From: Thermoplasmata archaeon
Lineage (GTDB): Archaea > Thermoplasmatota > Thermoplasmata > GCA-020350865
Direction of reading: 5' to 3'
Assembly (NCBI GenBank): GCA_020348445.1
Contig: CP070751.1
Location: 343,772-407,771 of the forward strand
Length of the DNA: 64,000 nucleotides
The notes under the pieces are model-generated. The model saw nothing but the letters and a program-made list of their open reading frames with translations, was not told the origin of the DNA and did no database searches. This document shows, piece by piece, positions 1 to 10,300 of this stretch (position 1 is the stretch's first letter; the number at the start of each line of letters is the position of its first letter). The position numbers and the translations under genes were made by a program.

Positions 1-405
1 AAGACCTACGACATGTGGAGCGACTTCAACGAAAAGATCGGAGGCCTCATGAACACAATGGGCACGGAATCAGGGTCGCACGTCACGGAAATCTATTCAG
101 CATGGGACAGCTTGTCAGAGAAGTTCGGTGAGACTATGACTGGATTTCTTGACGAGTACAATTACAACTACGATAATGTCTACAACACCTGGATTAGCGA
201 ATCCAGGGAGATCGGCAAGCGCTTTGGTGATGTCATGAAGACTTTTGGATCAGATTACGAGAATCTCTACAAGATATACTTCAACAGGACAACAACACTT
301 CAGAGAAACATGCTTATGTTTCCCTATATCGGTGTTTCAAGCCTTGCAGAAGAGGTCAAGGAACTGAGGAAGAAGATCGAGGACCTAGAAAAGAAATTAA
401 GCTAA
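1..405 (+). CDS. C-terminal part of a PhaE-like/phasin-like helical repeat protein (5'-truncated by window edge)
   Basis: Frame is open from base 1 (KTYDMWSDF...). W/Y recurs every 29 aa as in the adjacent PhaE. Ends in a coiled coil (LAEEVKELRKKIEDLEKKLS). Lies directly upstream of phaE-phaC. Confidence 0.6.
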   Translation, partial: KTYDMWSDFNEKIGGLMNTMGTESGSHVTEIYSAWDSLSEKFGETMTGFLDEYNYNYDNVYNTWISESREIGKRFGDVMKTFGSDYENLYKIYFNRTTTLQRNMLMFPYIGVSSLAEEVKELRKKIEDLEKKLS

Positions 406-553
406 ACTCGACTGAAAAAGACCATTTATCTCAATCGGTTGAGCATCGATATAAAATGAGCTTAAGCCTTAAATCGATTTCATTCAAAAACATGGAATAA
501 ATGGGGATAATAGGTCTGTTGAAAAAAAGGTGAATAAATAAAAGGTGAGTAAA

Positions 554-1378
554 ATGGTAAAAAGCAAAAAGAAAGGGAGTTCAAAGAAGCACTCAGATGT
601 CTATGATAACTGGATCGACTATTCAAGAGATATTAGCGAGAGGATCAACGAATTTACCAACGAGAGTGCTGGTGAATACAAGGAACTCTATTCACTTTGG
701 AGTGATTATGCCCAGAATATGTCGGATAAGATGGCAAAATTCACTCCAGAGGATGAGAGCGCATTCACAGACATACAGAATATGTGGAGAGATTACTCTG
801 AAGAGATGGGTGAGAGGTTCGTTGAGATACTAAAAAATGAGAAAGGGCCGTACAAGGAGCTTTATAAGATGTGGACGGACTATTCGGCGAAGATGGGCGA
901 GCAGCTTTCAGATCTTATGAGCGAAAGCCTGAAAGAGCAGCACGATCTGTACGAGCTTTGGATGGACTCGTTCGGCATCAAGGATAATGGAAACGAAGAT
1001 GACATCTCGGATATGTACAAAGATATTTACCAGTTCTGGCAGAATATGTGGGGAAGATCAAATGATATTATTCCTCCTTTTAACTATAGTGATATGAACC
1101 TGAACACAAATTACAAGGAACTTTCCGAGTTCTGGACAAATACGTATTCCAAAATGGTAAAGAACGTAATAAACAGCCCGGACTTTGCCAAGATGGATGG
1201 CAATATACTCAAGGCAAATCTAGAAGCCCTAAAAATAACTGATGAACTCATAAACCAATATCTTAGTGCAATGGGACTGCCTACAAAAAACAATCTGGAC
1301 GACATATATCAAAAACTTCACGATATGGACAGGAAAATCAGTGAGATTTCTCGGGCCATCAACTCAAAGAAGAAATGA
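554..1378 (+). CDS. phaE: Class III PHA synthase subunit PhaE
   Basis: C-terminal PhaE-type segment MGLPTKNNLDDIYQKLHDMDRKI, helical acidic body, immediately upstream of phaC. ATG at 554 follows AGGTGA; the ORF track starts at GTG 545. Confidence 0.8.
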   Translation: MVKSKKKGSSKKHSDVYDNWIDYSRDISERINEFTNESAGEYKELYSLWSDYAQNMSDKMAKFTPEDESAFTDIQNMWRDYSEEMGERFVEILKNEKGPYKELYKMWTDYSAKMGEQLSDLMSESLKEQHDLYELWMDSFGIKDNGNEDDISDMYKDIYQFWQNMWGRSNDIIPPFNYSDMNLNTNYKELSEFWTNTYSKMVKNVINSPDFAKMDGNILKANLEALKITDELINQYLSAMGLPTKNNLDDIYQKLHDMDRKISEISRAINSKKK

Positions 1379-1428
1379 TTTTCAGATGGGATGACACAAA
1401 AGATCCCATCAATGTCTTGGTGATTTGA

Positions 1429-2580
1429 ATGGTTCCTAATCCAAAAGAAAGCGATAAATCTTCTGCACAAGAATACAGTGATTTAGAGAGAAGGATAGTG
1501 AAGGCATCCCAGCTTCTTATGAATCCTCCAGAAGTTGATGTGGGAACTGCACCCAATGAAATTGTCTACCAGGACGGCAAGATGAGACTTCTTCACTATC
1601 TTCCTGTTGTGGATGAACCTCATCCCGTACCTCTTCTCATTATCTATGCCCTAATAAATAAACCCTATATACTTGATCTTCAACCCAATAAGAGCGTAAT
1701 TAGGAAGCTATTGTCTGCAGGTTTCGATGTTTACATGATAGATTGGGGCACCCCAACTGACGTTGACAGGTATCTTAATCTGGATGACTATGTGAACTGG
1801 TATATAGACGATGTTGTGGATTTTATTAGAATGCGTCATGATTTGGATTCCATAACGGTTTTCGGCTACTGTATGGGGGGGACTTTATCTGTCATGTATA
1901 CGGGAATTCATCCTGAAAAGGTCAGAAACTTCATACTCATGGCAGCACCTTTAGATTTCGAGGCTGACCAGGGTCTTCTGAAAAAATGGTCTAGACCTGA
2001 ATATTTTGATGCCGATGAACTCGTAGAAACAGTAGGTAATGTTCCTGGAGAGTTTCTGAATTTCGGTTTTTTACTTTTGGATCCTGTAAACAATCTCTAT
2101 TCCAAGTATTTGAAATTCATAGACAAGGTGGATGATGAGAAGTTCGTTTCTATGTTCTTCAGAATGGAGAAGTGGATAAACGACGGAATCCCTCTGGCGG
2201 GTGAAGCGTACAGGGAGTTCATCAAGAAATGCTATCAGCAGAATCTCCTTGTTAAAAACAGGTTCACCATAAATGGGCATAAGGTAAAGCTGGATAATAT
2301 AAGAATGCCGCTTCTTTCCATCGTGGCTGAGTACGATCATCTCGTGCCCAAGGAGTCAAGCATGTCGTTTAACGATCTTGTGCCAAGCAGGGATAAGAAG
2401 ATGATAATGTTTCCCACAGGCCATATCGGCCTTTCAGTAAGCTCTGCAACCCATGCCAAGATGTGGCCTGGGGTCATAGAGTGGTTGGCAAAAAGATCTT
2501 ACATAAAAGAGCCTAAGGCCAAGACCACAAAAACCAAAAATAAAACAAAAAAGAAGACCAAGAAAAAGGGCAAAAAGTAA
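1429..2580 (+). CDS. phaC: Class III poly(3-hydroxyalkanoate) synthase catalytic subunit PhaC
   Basis: PLLIIYALINKPYILDLQP motif, DVYMIDWG, lipase-box-like GYCMGG (Cys), YDHLVP (Asp), GHIG (His). Size ~380 aa is typical of class III. Lys-rich C-terminal tail. Confidence 0.95.
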   Translation: MVPNPKESDKSSAQEYSDLERRIVKASQLLMNPPEVDVGTAPNEIVYQDGKMRLLHYLPVVDEPHPVPLLIIYALINKPYILDLQPNKSVIRKLLSAGFDVYMIDWGTPTDVDRYLNLDDYVNWYIDDVVDFIRMRHDLDSITVFGYCMGGTLSVMYTGIHPEKVRNFILMAAPLDFEADQGLLKKWSRPEYFDADELVETVGNVPGEFLNFGFLLLDPVNNLYSKYLKFIDKVDDEKFVSMFFRMEKWINDGIPLAGEAYREFIKKCYQQNLLVKNRFTINGHKVKLDNIRMPLLSIVAEYDHLVPKESSMSFNDLVPSRDKKMIMFPTGHIGLSVSSATHAKMWPGVIEWLAKRSYIKEPKAKTTKTKNKTKKKTKKKGKK

Positions 2581-2616
2581 TTAACGAGCCCCTCATTATC
2601 CCTTGGTGGAATTCCT

Positions 2617-3405
2617 ATGGAAGAAAGCCCTGAGAATCTTTTAATTGATATTGAGGGTGGAATTTGTACCATAACATTGAACAGACCCAAGAATCTGAAC
2701 GTGTTCAATGAAAAAACTTTAGATGAATTTTACAATGTTTTAGAGGATGTCAGCAAGAATGCTGCCGTGAAGGTGGTGGTCTTACTTTCAGCATGCGAGA
2801 AGGCCTTCACAGCCGGGGCCGACATCAAGGAGATGGTGGATAAGGATTCTGACGGCGGAAGAAAATTTGCCCAGCGGGGTCACAGGATCGCGAGAAAGTT
2901 GGAAACTATGCCCCAGCCCGTGATAATAGGTGTGCATGGATACGTGTTGGGCGGAGGGGTAGAATTCTCATGTGCCTGTGACATAAGAATTGCCGCAGAG
3001 GGCTCCATATTCTCCCAACCTGAGATAGACATAGGTGTTATCCCTGGGTGGGGTGGAACGCAGCGCCTTTCGAGGATCGTGGGAATTGCAAAGGCCAAGG
3101 AGATGATTTACACAGGCAAAAGAGTGGATGCAAACGAGGCAAAGGACATAGGATTGGTAAATCATGTTGTACCAAAAGAGAAGCTCCAGGAGGCTGTTAT
3201 GACCATGGCAAAGACCATTGCCAGCAAGGGGAAGCTCGCGCTCTTCGATGCCAAGAAATCCATCAACCAGCTCTATGAATCCTTTATCGAGGAAGGCCTG
3301 AAGTACGAGATCGACAGATGGAGCGAGCTCTTTGAAACCCATGATCAGAAGGAGGGCATGAAGGCGTTTTTGGAGGGGAGGTCGCCTGAATACAAGGATG
3401 AATAA
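2617..3405 (+). CDS. Enoyl-CoA hydratase/isomerase (crotonase family)
   Basis: ITLNRPKNLN, AFTAGADIKEM, GGGVEF and QPEIDIG (both catalytic Glu), IPGWGGTQRL, DQKEGMKAFLE. Confidence 0.93.
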   Translation: MEESPENLLIDIEGGICTITLNRPKNLNVFNEKTLDEFYNVLEDVSKNAAVKVVVLLSACEKAFTAGADIKEMVDKDSDGGRKFAQRGHRIARKLETMPQPVIIGVHGYVLGGGVEFSCACDIRIAAEGSIFSQPEIDIGVIPGWGGTQRLSRIVGIAKAKEMIYTGKRVDANEAKDIGLVNHVVPKEKLQEAVMTMAKTIASKGKLALFDAKKSINQLYESFIEEGLKYEIDRWSELFETHDQKEGMKAFLEGRSPEYKDE

Positions 3406-3579
3406 ACTATTTTGGGAATGAATTCTAGGCTATTTTTTGTGAAAAGTAATTTGGGATAATCCCCCGATTTTCAGCAACTTATCAAAACCAGTAGTCCTTA
3501 TCTGGGCAGATATTATTTACAAAATTTATATAAACAAGCATCTAAATGATTTCCTGACAGTTTTCATGGAGAGGGTACT

Positions 3580-6500
3580 GTGAAACAAGGCTTTATAAGG
3601 AAAATAGAGGGAATCCTTGTTCTTGTATGGGTGCTAATTTGCACGGCCTTTTCGGGAATGTTAATTATAACAGAAAATGCTGAGGCACCACCTCCGCCTC
3701 AAAATCTTATAATCGGCGATGATACTCCAGATGAAATACTGCTTATTGATAATACAGTGTATCATCATTACGGGAATGTTTACGTTTATAATCAAGGAGA
3801 AATCCAGGTAATAAATGGCGGCGAATTTAGAGTATACGGGAACATCTGGATGTCAAATGACAGTAAGATCGTTGTCAATAACAGTATTTTCGGTTTTCTG
3901 TCTGTGACAAAATGGCAGTTTTCTATTAATCTATTCAATGTTTCAGAGCTACAAGTCAAAGATTCGCAAATTTACTCGAACCTATTCCCGAATCTAATAA
4001 ATCCCAACGACAACAGTAAAATCTCATTCAACAATGTCACATTCACAGACTGGTTCAGCTGCAAAATGGCTGATAACTCAACTGTTGATCTGAGAGATTC
4101 ATACGGCCCCAAGAACTGGATCTCGGAATTCTTCTTCATGGATTATGCTACAGGCAATTTCTCCAATCTCGACGGTATTATAAACGTTTTCACTGTATTT
4201 CATGATGGGTCGATAATCGACTATTCCCCCCTTTGGAACGAATATGTTTTTCATTTTGAATTTCCAGCCGATGTTCCATTCTCATCGGGAGTCTATTATT
4301 CATTTGTAATAGATGACTGCCATATTTATGGAAACAGTCCGTTACTTGAAAAGGGATGTGATGTCACAGTCAGAAATTGTATTACCAGTGTAATAATTAG
4401 GCCAACAAACGACGATTCCCTCAATATCTCGGGATTGGTGGCAAATACATACCAATCTGACTGGAATGCCCCACTTTCTGATCGCCAGTTTCGGGCTGTA
4501 AACAGCATTCTAAGAAATTGGCATCTGCACATATTTGATTATTCTTCTGTAAATCTGGTCAATAGCATATTTTCTGAGATATTATGCATATACTGGAACT
4601 GTTCACTTTACATGAGAAACACTATATATAAGGGAGATGCTGGACCATTTTGGGTTTTCGGAGAATCAACAGTTTATGCACAAGAGTGCGTTTTCTTTGC
4701 AGAGGATCCCTGGGGCCTCAATCCCGTGGTATATGTTAAGGACTATGGAACCCTGTGCCTCTATAATTGTTATGTTTACCCTGATTTTACATTGGAAGAT
4801 CTAGCAACTGTCTATCTTTTAAATAGTGAGACATTTCGCGAGCCTTTACTTCTAGACGCCTCTGTTTTATGGGTTGCTAAGATCAACTCACCACCAACTG
4901 GTCTTTCCAATGATTCTGTTCCTATTTTGGGTTCAGCCTATATCGATGGGGCTCCCTATGCCACCACCTCATTTGGCTCATATCAATTTTCCTATGCAGG
5001 CCCACCTTCCTATGATGTCTATACAACAATAGGTCCCGAGCGAACCGAACCTGTAAAAGAAGGTGTTCTGGAATACTGGAACACATCGATGATCCCTCCT
5101 GCAATCTATTATCTTAGAATGGACATGAAGGACAGCGATCTCACAGACAATGTCACCGTGTACTGGGTGATAAATATTCAAAGAAGTGATGTTTTACACT
5201 ACCCTCCTTCTGAACCTCAGACTCTCGCAGCAATTGAAAGCAATGGAAAAATAGAACTTAATTGGGATCCCCCCTCGGATAATGGAAATGCCAGCATATC
5301 AAATTATACTATCTATAGGGGACTTTCCATGGGGGACCTTTCTCCTATTGCAGAAATCGGGAATCTTACACAATTTATTGATGAGAATGTAACACCTAGA
5401 ACCACATATTTCTACAAGGTGTCTGCCACAAACAAAATGGGAGAGGGACCACTTTCGGATTTGGAGATAATCTCGGTAAATCCCCTTGTGGATTTATTAC
5501 TTGGACCAGCCGATATTTCATTTTCAGATTCAACTCCAATTGAAGGTCAAAGGATTACCATATACGGTAATATCCAGGCCCAAAATCTTGCTCAGACCGA
5601 GATGGTTTGGGTGGAGCTTGTTATAGATGGTATACCCGTGGATGTCAAGCCAGTGACGATATCAGCCTCTACAGCACAGATTCAGTTCAACTGGACGGCA
5701 GAGGAAGGGAATCATGACATCACAATGAATGTGGATATTGTAAATACAGTTACTGAATCTAATGAAACCAACAACACCGCGTCAGAACAAATAACTGTTC
5801 TACCAAAGCAACTTCCTGACCTTAGCATTTCAGAGGAGGATATGGTGCTTTCAAAAGAAACACTCAACAAAAGCGAAATCCTCAGTGTATCTGCAACAAT
5901 TTATGCACTCAATCTTACTGAAGATGTTTCACCCATAATTGAGCTTCTTGTGGATGGCAATCCTGTTGATTATATTTCGTCTTCCTTATCAGAAGGCTCA
6001 ACTTATGTACAATTTAACTGGACTGCATCCGAAGGTACACATGACATTTCAATAGAAATAGATTCCACATCATCAATTGAAGAGTCAGATGAGACTAATA
6101 ATGTTGCATCCAGGCAGGTTGAGGTTCTATCTGAACCACAAATAGATTTGTTTATTTCAGAGGATGATATTTCACTTTCAAAAGAAACGCTCAATGAAAA
6201 TGATATGGTGACAGTGACGGCAACGGTTCACGCCCTCAACCTAACCGATAGTCAGTCTGTGATAGTTGAGTTTCTAATCGATGGAACTACTTTAGAGTAT
6301 AAATCAGTCGTACTAAATGGAAATTCAAAGAATCTACAGTTCAATTGGACTACATCCAAAGGAGAGCATGATTTAACTATCGTCATTTATTCGGCAGAGG
6401 TCATTGTGGAATCAAATGAAACAAACAACATTGCCATAAAACATGTTAATGTAAATCAAAGTCCTATTTTAGATTTAAAAATCGAATCAAGTGATATCAC

Positions 6501-7092
6501 ATTCTCAAATGAGACACCCACCGAGGGTGATGTTGTAACAATATTTGCCACAATTTCCGCGATTAACCTCACAGAAAATGTAACTGCAATTGTTGAGTTG
6601 ATTGTGGATGATGTTTCTAAAGCATATTCATATGTTCTGATTTCCTCAGAGACTGCAAATATACAGTTTAATTGGAGTTGCGAAAAGGGGGATAGGACCA
6701 TAGCGATTTCAGTGGATTCAATTGATGCTTTTTTAGAACAAGACGAGACTAACAACCTGGCATCGAAGAATATAGTCGTAGCAGAGCAATCCCAGGAGCC
6801 CACGACAACTACCAAAGAGGAAAAACAGGATGAATTTTCATCTTTTTATATCATATTGGCTATTGCCATGATCCTTATAGGAATAATAATAGGCTTAATT
6901 GTGGGTAGGAACATCTCCAAGAAAAAAGGGGATGATGTGGGAGAGGAAGAGGATACTAAGGGCATAACAGATCAGGCTCAATCCCTAGAAGAGATTCCTG
7001 AAAAGGATTTTGAAGATGATGCAGAGAAAGAGCCTGAAGGGGATGTTTTGGAGGGTAGGCCCCTAGATATCAAGGATGATGATATTTTTTAG
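3580..7092 (+). CDS. Membrane-anchored surface protein: signal peptide, beta-helix-like N-region, FN3, 4 CARDB-like domains, C-terminal TM and acidic tail
   Basis: Hydrophobic N-terminus. FN3 motif LNWDPPSDNG...YTIYRG...YFYKVSA. Four DL-x-I-xx-DI-x-(F/L)S...(I/V)xESxETNNxA repeats. TM FYIILAIAMILIGIIIGLIVG. Confidence 0.8.
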   Translation: MKQGFIRKIEGILVLVWVLICTAFSGMLIITENAEAPPPPQNLIIGDDTPDEILLIDNTVYHHYGNVYVYNQGEIQVINGGEFRVYGNIWMSNDSKIVVNNSIFGFLSVTKWQFSINLFNVSELQVKDSQIYSNLFPNLINPNDNSKISFNNVTFTDWFSCKMADNSTVDLRDSYGPKNWISEFFFMDYATGNFSNLDGIINVFTVFHDGSIIDYSPLWNEYVFHFEFPADVPFSSGVYYSFVIDDCHIYGNSPLLEKGCDVTVRNCITSVIIRPTNDDSLNISGLVANTYQSDWNAPLSDRQFRAVNSILRNWHLHIFDYSSVNLVNSIFSEILCIYWNCSLYMRNTIYKGDAGPFWVFGESTVYAQECVFFAEDPWGLNPVVYVKDYGTLCLYNCYVYPDFTLEDLATVYLLNSETFREPLLLDASVLWVAKINSPPTGLSNDSVPILGSAYIDGAPYATTSFGSYQFSYAGPPSYDVYTTIGPERTEPVKEGVLEYWNTSMIPPAIYYLRMDMKDSDLTDNVTVYWVINIQRSDVLHYPPSEPQTLAAIESNGKIELNWDPPSDNGNASISNYTIYRGLSMGDLSPIAEIGNLTQFIDENVTPRTTYFYKVSATNKMGEGPLSDLEIISVNPLVDLLLGPADISFSDSTPIEGQRITIYGNIQAQNLAQTEMVWVELVIDGIPVDVKPVTISASTAQIQFNWTAEEGNHDITMNVDIVNTVTESNETNNTASEQITVLPKQLPDLSISEEDMVLSKETLNKSEILSVSATIYALNLTEDVSPIIELLVDGNPVDYISSSLSEGSTYVQFNWTASEGTHDISIEIDSTSSIEESDETNNVASRQVEVLSEPQIDLFISEDDISLSKETLNENDMVTVTATVHALNLTDSQSVIVEFLIDGTTLEYKSVVLNGNSKNLQFNWTTSKGEHDLTIVIYSAEVIVESNETNNIAIKHVNVNQSPILDLKIESSDITFSNETPTEGDVVTIFATISAINLTENVTAIVELIVDDVSKAYSYVLISSETANIQFNWSCEKGDRTIAISVDSIDAFLEQDETNNLASKNIVVAEQSQEPTTTTKEEKQDEFSSFYIILAIAMILIGIIIGLIVGRNISKKKGDDVGEEEDTKGITDQAQSLEEIPEKDFEDDAEKEPEGDVLEGRPLDIKDDDIF

Positions 7093-7341
7093 ATAAATTG
7101 GACATGACTTTCGATTTCTTGAATGTGAATTGTGATAGGGATTTTTCCGAGTAGGCCTTTCTTCTTTATCATTTATTGCGCACATATAAATGGAGGATAA
7201 ATCCCAAATAAAAGCAAATTGACTGGGTATTATTTAATATCAACAAAATTTCCGCTAAAATTATATATATGGATAATGATATGAGCCTGAAAGCCTATTT
7301 ACCTCTGAGGAGGTGGTTGGGCAAATTTATGGAGGATTATA

Positions 7342-10300
7342 ATGATGAAAAACGATAATAGAAATTCTGGGCTAGGATTACATATGTTCTCGGTTTTGGT
7401 GATCCTCGTCATGGTTTTTAACGTCACAATCGTGATGATGACTTTCATGGGTGATAATGTAAGTGCAGTGGATATTTACGAACCTGATAATTCATCTGGG
7501 CAGGCAAGTTCCATCCCCACGGATGGTACGGTACAAAGTCACGATTTCGACCCTGCAGGAGATGAGGACTGGATGGTATTCTCTGCCACGGTCGATATGA
7601 TGTACACAATTGAGACCTTTAATCTCGGTGATGCAGATACAGTTATGTATTTATACGATACAGATGGCGTTACAGAGTTGGGTTTTGATGATGACGGAGG
7701 AGATGAGTTATGGGCTTCAAAGATTGAATGGATTGCACCAAGAAGTGATAACTTCTACATTATGGTGTATGAATATGATGGATATGGAGGTTCCACTTAC
7801 ACCTATGACATCAACGTAATAGAATCCACACCACCCGTTGGTGACACTTATGAGCCCGATGGCACTCAGGCAGAGGCGAGCACCATCACAACTGATGGAA
7901 CGATGCAGAACCACACCTTCCACATAGATGACGATGTAGACTGGATTATCTTCAGTGCGACAGACGGTACGACATACACAATCGAGACCCATAACCTAAT
8001 TGATGCAGACACATTCATTGTATTGGTAGATTCGAATGGCATAACTTCTTTGGCCATGGACGACAACAGCGGGGTGGGTTTAGCCTCGAAGATCGAATGG
8101 ACTTTCTCCAGAGACGATAATTACTACGTTGTGGTCGTTGAGAACTACGGTAACAGCGGCCCCACCTATTCCTATGATATCAATATAATTATATCAGGTG
8201 TGTCGCAAGGAGATGCCTACGAGCCTGATAACACCCCTGGTGAGGCAAGCACCATCACAGTGGATGGAACCAAACAGAACCATACTTTTCATATTCCTGG
8301 GGATGAAGACTGGGTACGTTTTTCAGCCACAAGTGGGAACCTTTACACCATAGAAACCCACAATCTAAATCACACGGACACCGTAATATACCTCTATGAT
8401 ACAGATGGAGTAACGATATTAGAATTAGATGACGATGCCGGAGAGGAATTAGCCTCGAAGATCCAATGGATCGCCACAAATACCGCTAATTTCTATGTCA
8501 GAATCATGGACATTAATGGAGAGGGTAATGAGAACTACTCCTATGAATTCAATATAACAGAAACCATACCACCACCAGGGGATGCTTATGAGCCAGACAA
8601 TATCTATACCGATTCCAGTTCTATCCCAACAGATGGAACCAACCAAAGCCACACATTCCATATCCAAGGTGATGAAGACTGGATCACATTTTCTGCCCAG
8701 GCAGGCAACATCTACATAATTGCGACCCACAATCTCACAGATGCAGATACCGTAATATACCTGTACGACACCGACGGTGTGACTGTATTGGAGGCAGACG
8801 ACGATGGGGGAGCGGGATTTGCCTCTGAAATACAATGGTTGGCCCCCAGATCCGATGATTTCTATATCCGGGTTGTCGAATACTCTGATAAGGGCGGCCT
8901 GACCTTTTCCTATGATATCAATGTCACAGAAACGATTCCACCGTCAGGGGATACCTATGAGCCTGACGACACAGCAGGTGAAGCCAGTTTGCTTACAACA
9001 GATGGAACAGTCCAGAGCCACACGTTTCACGTACCGGGAGACGAGGATTGGATAGTGTTTAGTATCACACCGGGAACGATATATACCATAGAAACTTCCG
9101 ATCTCGGCCCATCCTGCGATACGAGAATATATCTTTATACCAGTGATGGAACCACATTAATTGAATTTGACGATGACTCAGGATCTGATTTGGCATCCAG
9201 GATCATCTGGAACTCATCTGGCTATCCTGCAGGCAATTACTATATCAGTGTTCTTGAATTTCAGGAGGGCTTCGGCGACGATTACTCATATAATATAAGT
9301 ATCGTGGAGGGTGCACTCAAAACTTACGAGTTTGGAATTATCATCACGCCTTCTTGGCAGTCAACAAGCGTTGGTAGCCAAGTTCAATTCAATATAGAGG
9401 TTTACAACGACGGTCCTATCACCGATTCCTTTGAGCTTGATGTCATGGGATTTGATCCCAAGTGGATGGAACTGTCCAAGGATCATGTTACCCTGGTTCC
9501 TGGGGAGGAAGAGGATATCACTTTAACAATCGATGTTCCTGTCACGGCAAATCCAGGAAGCTACGATTTCAAGGTAGAGATCTATTCTGTCCACAATAAC
9601 TTCTCAAAATCTGCGTCTGTAACTCTGGATGTGTCCATGGATCCCATCATCACCAATCTGTATCCGCGGAATGGGACGGTGACAGGTTCTCAAGATATTC
9701 TGTTTTCCTGGAGCACGACTATCGAAAGCTCCACCCAGGTTTTCTTGAAGAAGGCAAGCGACAGCACCTATACCCAATATGTTGGTCAAAAGGGAACATC
9801 ACACTCCCTTACCGTTACAGGGCTGGACAGAAATACATGGTACGATTTCTATGTCGTAAGCACATCTGATTATGGCTCATCCACAAGTGCGGTAAGAAGC
9901 TTCCTTATCACGAATGCTATCGTTTTCTCCGAAAGAAGCTATGATTTTACAGTTGAGAGGGATTACAATCAACTGAGAACTATTTCTGTTGTGAACACAG
10001 ACTCGATTCCGTATAAGCTGCTTGTGACAGTGGAGAATCCCGATGATGATCTCATTGCAGGATTCGTGGGCAATGGCTCCCAGGACAAGATAGTCACCCT
10101 AGATCCTGGAGAGTCCATGGACCTGACCCTGGCCATTCATGCCCAAGACACGCTTTCCCTTGATTATCAACTTGTTGTGAATTTGAGCAGCATTCCCACA
10201 AATGGATCCGATGAAATAGTCTATGACTTTGCCAATGTAAATGTGCATATCGCCCATGTCGATGCCAATTTCACAGTGACTGAGATCTTAATATATCCCT

